A stretch of DNA of 62,933 bases, filler included, from an uncultured bacterium (lineage in GTDB: Bacteria; B130-G9): the NCBI GenBank assembly GCA_965372715.1. It is 4 parts of 4 records of this genome, joined end to end, with 100 filler letters (N's around TTAATTAATTAA, not from the genome) between each part and the next. Parts side by side here need not be neighbours in the genome. Positions count along the whole stretch, not along the records: positions 49,697 to 62,933 come from CBDVDH010000075.1; 3 more parts are not named here. One strand, 5' to 3'. Positions 59,597-62,933 of this stretch are shown in pieces. A program made the position numbers and the translations under genes. How positions within the stretch are numbered: position 1 is the stretch's first letter; each line of letters opens with the position of its first letter. Below the pieces are notes generated by a model, which ran no database searches, was not told the DNA's origin, and saw only the letters and a list, made by a program, of their open reading frames with translations.

Positions 59597-59946
59597 GTAG
59601 GGGCATGGTCTCTGACCTGACAATTATGCGCATATTTCAGATGAGTCGCGTTGGGCGCTTCATCGCCCGGCTTCAGCCGAGGCGATGCAAGAGGGCTATC
59701 ATTATCCTAACCCCCATCTTCAGATGGGGGATTTGGGGGCAGCCCGACACCCTCCTCTATATCCCCTTCAGATGAGGATTCTGGCGAGGGAGCAGGTGCA
59801 CGATTCGGCCTCTTCTGGTCACCCGAATGAATTCGGGTGTTATGATAATGAGAGCCATTTATATGACCGCGTTAAAACACGGTGAGTCAGTGAAACATAC
59901 TTCCAGAATATACGTACAATTGCTAGATCTGAGACCGCGCCCCTAC
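59597..59946. repeat. REP pair enclosing several unrelated palindromes
   Basis: GTAGGGGCATGGTCTCTGACCT ... AGATCTGAGACCGCGCCCCTAC, with internal hairpins at 59661, 59711 and 59820. Confidence 0.7.
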
Positions 59947-59976
59947 GATCAATCGCAAGCGGTATGTGAATGACCC

Positions 59977-61311
59977 ATGAATCTGAAGGCATCGATCAAG
60001 AACTCGTATAATGCGCTGGCCGATAGGGCCACGCAGAACATAGCCTTTTCGGCCGCATTCCGCATCGTTCGCGACCTTCGAATCGGTCTCGAACTGCTGG
60101 CTCCGCAGCGGTTTTTCGAGAGGACAATTGTCGTTTTCGACCCGGCGGACGGCAAGCGCGCCTCGTTCACCACTTGGGGAAACGAGAGCAGCCTGTGGTA
60201 TCTCTCGCGATGCTTCGAGAGGTCTGGTCTCTCCATCGAAGAAACTGACGACCCCACGGAGGTCGAGTCACAGCCGTCGATCAGGTTCGTGTGGCACAAC
60301 CGCGCTCTCTCGGCGAAGTTCAGGCGTCGCGGCTGGCTGGTGCTGCCGGGACAGGTTCGCTCACGCATCGACCTGTCGTGTGGCATGGATGCTGTCCGCG
60401 CGAAGTTCTTGCGGAGCGCGAAGGCCGCGGTGCGCAACATTCACAAGCAGGGACTGCGTTATCACGTCTTCCCCTCCGATGACGTTCTCCAGCAGTTCTA
60501 CGACGAGATGTATCTGCCGTATCGCAGCGTCAGGTTCCCCGGCAATCCGATCGTCAAGGAGTTCGACCTCGTGCGCGATTTCGCCAGAGGTTCGATCATG
60601 CTTGCCGTTACCGAATCAAAGGTCAGATCGCGGCCGAGATTGGATGATATGCTCGGAGCGCTCATCATCCGACGGACGGGCGCAAGCGCCACTCCCGATA
60701 TGCCGGGCATCAACGGCGACCCAGAAGCGGCGCTTAGGCGAGGCGTCATCGAGGCGCTTTATTACTTCTCGCTGGACTGGTGCCACAGTCAAGGCGTTCA
60801 ATCGGTCGATCTTGGCCAGAGCCACCCGTTTCTCGACGATGGCATCCTTCGCTTCAAATCCAAGTGGGGCGCGAGCGTCGAGGCCAGCGACACGGGTATT
60901 CATAACCTCGCGGTCCAGTTCTTGGACAACGGCTGGCTCGGGAAGCATCTCCTCGAGAATCATCCGCTCATCATCTATCTCAAGCACAAACAGCCAACCG
61001 CCAATTCGCCGCGCGGCGAACCAACGGGTAGTCTCACGGGTCTAGCTTATCTCTCAGCTGACGAGTTTTCCTCTCGAGGCCTTAGGAAACTGAGACGGAG
61101 CAGGATGATAGACGGCCTGCGGGAGCTGGTTGTCGTCTCCGACCCCGAATCTGCGGTCTGTAGAGGCGCCGCTTGCTGTGCCCTGGATCTACATTCGGGG
61201 ACGTCAGAGGAGAGCGGGGCAAGCACCGCCCCTACATCTCAGATGCCCATCATCCGATTCCTTCCCTGCTACGACCTGCGCTACCTCGCGGATGCAGTGA
61301 ACTTGATGTGA
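59977..61311 (+). CDS. GNAT/FemAB-like protein with in-frame REP insertion
   Basis: FYDEMYLPY, ALYYFSLDW, VDLGQSHPFLDDGILRFKSKWGA (FemAB-like C-terminal signature). Confidence 0.7.
   Translation: MNLKASIKNSYNALADRATQNIAFSAAFRIVRDLRIGLELLAPQRFFERTIVVFDPADGKRASFTTWGNESSLWYLSRCFERSGLSIEETDDPTEVESQPSIRFVWHNRALSAKFRRRGWLVLPGQVRSRIDLSCGMDAVRAKFLRSAKAAVRNIHKQGLRYHVFPSDDVLQQFYDEMYLPYRSVRFPGNPIVKEFDLVRDFARGSIMLAVTESKVRSRPRLDDMLGALIIRRTGASATPDMPGINGDPEAALRRGVIEALYYFSLDWCHSQGVQSVDLGQSHPFLDDGILRFKSKWGASVEASDTGIHNLAVQFLDNGWLGKHLLENHPLIIYLKHKQPTANSPRGEPTGSLTGLAYLSADEFSSRGLRKLRRSRMIDGLRELVVVSDPESAVCRGAACCALDLHSGTSEESGASTAPTSQMPIIRFLPCYDLRYLADAVNLM
61160..61235. repeat. GTAG-family REP doublet inside a CDS
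   Basis: GTAGAGGCGCCGCTTGCTGTGCCC ... GAGCGGGGCAAGCACCGCCCCTAC. Confidence 0.85.
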
Positions 61312-61315
61312 GTGG

Positions 61316-61398
61316 AACCACGAATCAACACGAATGAACACGGATGCACACGAAGAGCTGTGATGTTCTTTCTTAGTGTGCCTTCGTGTCCTTCGTGG
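61316..61398. repeat. Short tandem ACACGRA units with an inverted counterpart
   Basis: ACCACGAATCAACACGAATGAACACGGATGCACACGAA ... TTCGTGTCCTTCGTGG. Confidence 0.7.
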
Positions 61399-61432
61399 AT
61401 CGCTTCTACATGCAGAATGGCGCAGCATCGCA

Positions 61433-61461
61433 TTGACGCAGCCAATTCGAGCAGGTAGATT
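61433..61461 (+). promoter_or_regulatory. Sigma-70 promoter candidate
   Basis: TTGACG-N17-TAGATT upstream of ATG 61515. Confidence 0.5.
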
Positions 61462-61514
61462 CCATCGCGGCGACCAAGCGCTGATTGTTGTAAGAGAATG
61501 GCAAAGGACTTCAC

Positions 61515-62933
61515 ATGAAGTGTCATAACTGCGGGACCGAGCTACCCGAAGGGTTCAAGTTCTGTCACGAATGCGGCGAGGCGCAGCGCGCACCCATAGA
61601 GCCGATCTTTTCGGAGGAGGAGATCGCCGAGATTCAACAAGAATCGCAGCCGGATGAGTATCTTGCGAAGCTGAAGAAGATCGTTGAAGAGGGGTTTCGG
61701 ATTGAGCGCCGGGATGTGGCTGTGCTCTTCGTTGATCTTTCGGGTTACACGGGGATGTGTTCAAGGCTTTCCGAGGACCAGCTTCGTGAGGTAATGCGGG
61801 ACGTCTATTCCGTGATGTCCGAGGCGATTACCAAGCGGGAAGGCTATGTTGACAAGTTCGTCGGAGACGAGGTCATGGCGCTTTTCGGGGCGCCGATCGC
61901 CCTGGAGCGTCCGTGCCAGCGCGCCGTAACAGCGGCGGACGAGATAGTCATCGGGCTATCAGGCGTCAACCATCGATTCAAGGATATACTGCCTGCGCCT
62001 CTTTCGGTGCATGCTGGCGTAGCTTTCGGGAAGGTGCAGGCCGGTAGGCTCGGTGATTCGATGAAGCTGGAGTACGCAGCTCTGGGTGAGGCAGTGAACG
62101 TCGCCAAGAAACTGACGGATGCGGCACTTTCTGGGGCTGTATTTGTCACCAGGAAGGTCGAGGACCGCGCCAAAGAGGCTTTTGACTTTCAGAGTCTCGG
62201 CACGCTGCGGCTTACGGACATTGAGGAACCGGTCGAGGTTCTTTGTCTGGTCGGACCACGGAGCGTAGCTGGCGAGCGGCCCAGATTCTCAAAGCTCGGC
62301 GCCCCGATGTTTGGCCGCGACAAGGAGTTTGGCGAGCTTAAAGAAGTATTTGACAAGTTGGCAAGTTGCTATCCGGAGCCAGAAGCCTGCGAGACGGGGA
62401 AGGGCAAATATCGCCAATTATCGCGGATAATCAGTATCATTGGCGAGGCGGGCGTCGGCAAATCGCGTCTCAATCGCGAGCTCAGAAACCATCTTCGCCA
62501 GCACCTTAAAGAGGAGGGTTTCCGCTGGCTTGCCGGAGCTGGCTGGACTATCGGGCAGACGCCGCTGTATTGGCCCATTAAGATGCAGATAGCTTCCGAG
62601 CTTGGGTTCGACCCGGGAGCAGGCAGCCAGACCATCTCCGAGGCGCTCTCGAGGCTGACGCCCGATGCCAGCGATGAGAAGGAGCTCGTGCCGTATCTGC
62701 ACCATCTCTTCGGGCTTGAGTATCCAGACAGCCCGCTTTTGGCACTTGAGCCAAAGTCAATCAAGGACAACCTTTGGATAGCAATAAGGCAGCTGTATGC
62801 GCGTTGGTCGCAGCAGAAGCCGCTTGTTCTGGTCTTTGAGGATGTACATTGGTCCGATGGCGGGACGGCCGATTTTACAGACTACCTGGCCGATTTCGTG
62901 AGCGATTTTCCCATTCTTATGCTGATTATCTAT
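61515..62933 (+). CDS. Zinc-ribbon / class III nucleotide cyclase / AAA ATPase protein, truncated at window end
   Basis: Not in the ORF track because it has no stop. Manual translation: MKCHNCG...FCHECG, VLFVDLSGYT, VDKFVGDEVMALFGAP, GEAVN, FGRDKE, GEAGVGKSRL, LVFEDVHW. Confidence 0.92.
   Translation, partial: MKCHNCGTELPEGFKFCHECGEAQRAPIEPIFSEEEIAEIQQESQPDEYLAKLKKIVEEGFRIERRDVAVLFVDLSGYTGMCSRLSEDQLREVMRDVYSVMSEAITKREGYVDKFVGDEVMALFGAPIALERPCQRAVTAADEIVIGLSGVNHRFKDILPAPLSVHAGVAFGKVQAGRLGDSMKLEYAALGEAVNVAKKLTDAALSGAVFVTRKVEDRAKEAFDFQSLGTLRLTDIEEPVEVLCLVGPRSVAGERPRFSKLGAPMFGRDKEFGELKEVFDKLASCYPEPEACETGKGKYRQLSRIISIIGEAGVGKSRLNRELRNHLRQHLKEEGFRWLAGAGWTIGQTPLYWPIKMQIASELGFDPGAGSQTISEALSRLTPDASDEKELVPYLHHLFGLEYPDSPLLALEPKSIKDNLWIAIRQLYARWSQQKPLVLVFEDVHWSDGGTADFTDYLADFVSDFPILMLIIY

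Noticed and set aside
1..62933. CRISPR array
   Set aside because: No regularly spaced direct repeats with unique spacers and no cas genes seen

Overview
Four joined contigs of a GC-rich (roughly 55-60% by eye) bacterial genome, most likely a MAG. They are separated by artificial N44-TTAATTAATTAA-N44 linkers at 17727-17826, 33843-33942 and 49597-49696, so adjacency across these joins is not biological. BamD points to a diderm, and a tungsten-type aldehyde:ferredoxin oxidoreductase points to an anaerobe. Contig 1: two secreted proteins, tRNA-Ser(GCT), mnmA, the conserved tRNA-Gln-prs-rplY-pth-rpsF-ssb-rpsR-DUF2232-rplI run, then a histidine kinase and an NtrC-type regulator with an altered GAFTGA loop, an SpsF-like cytidylyltransferase, a secreted repeat protein and a GT-C glycosyltransferase. 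Contig 2: another GT-C, a tandemly duplicated four-gene membrane-protein operon of unknown function (ABCD-ABCD, DUF6754-like), AOR, a class V aminotransferase with a SerA-like dehydrogenase, dCMP deaminase and bamD. The duplicated operon is the best candidate here for an undescribed system. Contig 3: an array of three secreted beta-propeller proteins with a near-identical C-terminal module, gene remnants and a repeated sigma-54-type spacer, followed by a B12 radical SAM gene (probable ATT start), NusG-II, carbamoyltransferase, IMPase and an IDH/IPMDH-family gene. Contig 4: B12 radical SAM, VanZ, two tRNA-Ser genes, an AT-rich islet encoding a stand-alone HEPN-motif protein, gpmI, an orphan DNA methylase, SPASM radical SAM, GT39, a GNAT-like gene carrying an in-frame REP insertion, and a truncated cyclase-ATPase gene. 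Several REP-like palindrome families are dispersed throughout. No CRISPR array, rRNA, transposase or integrase was seen.
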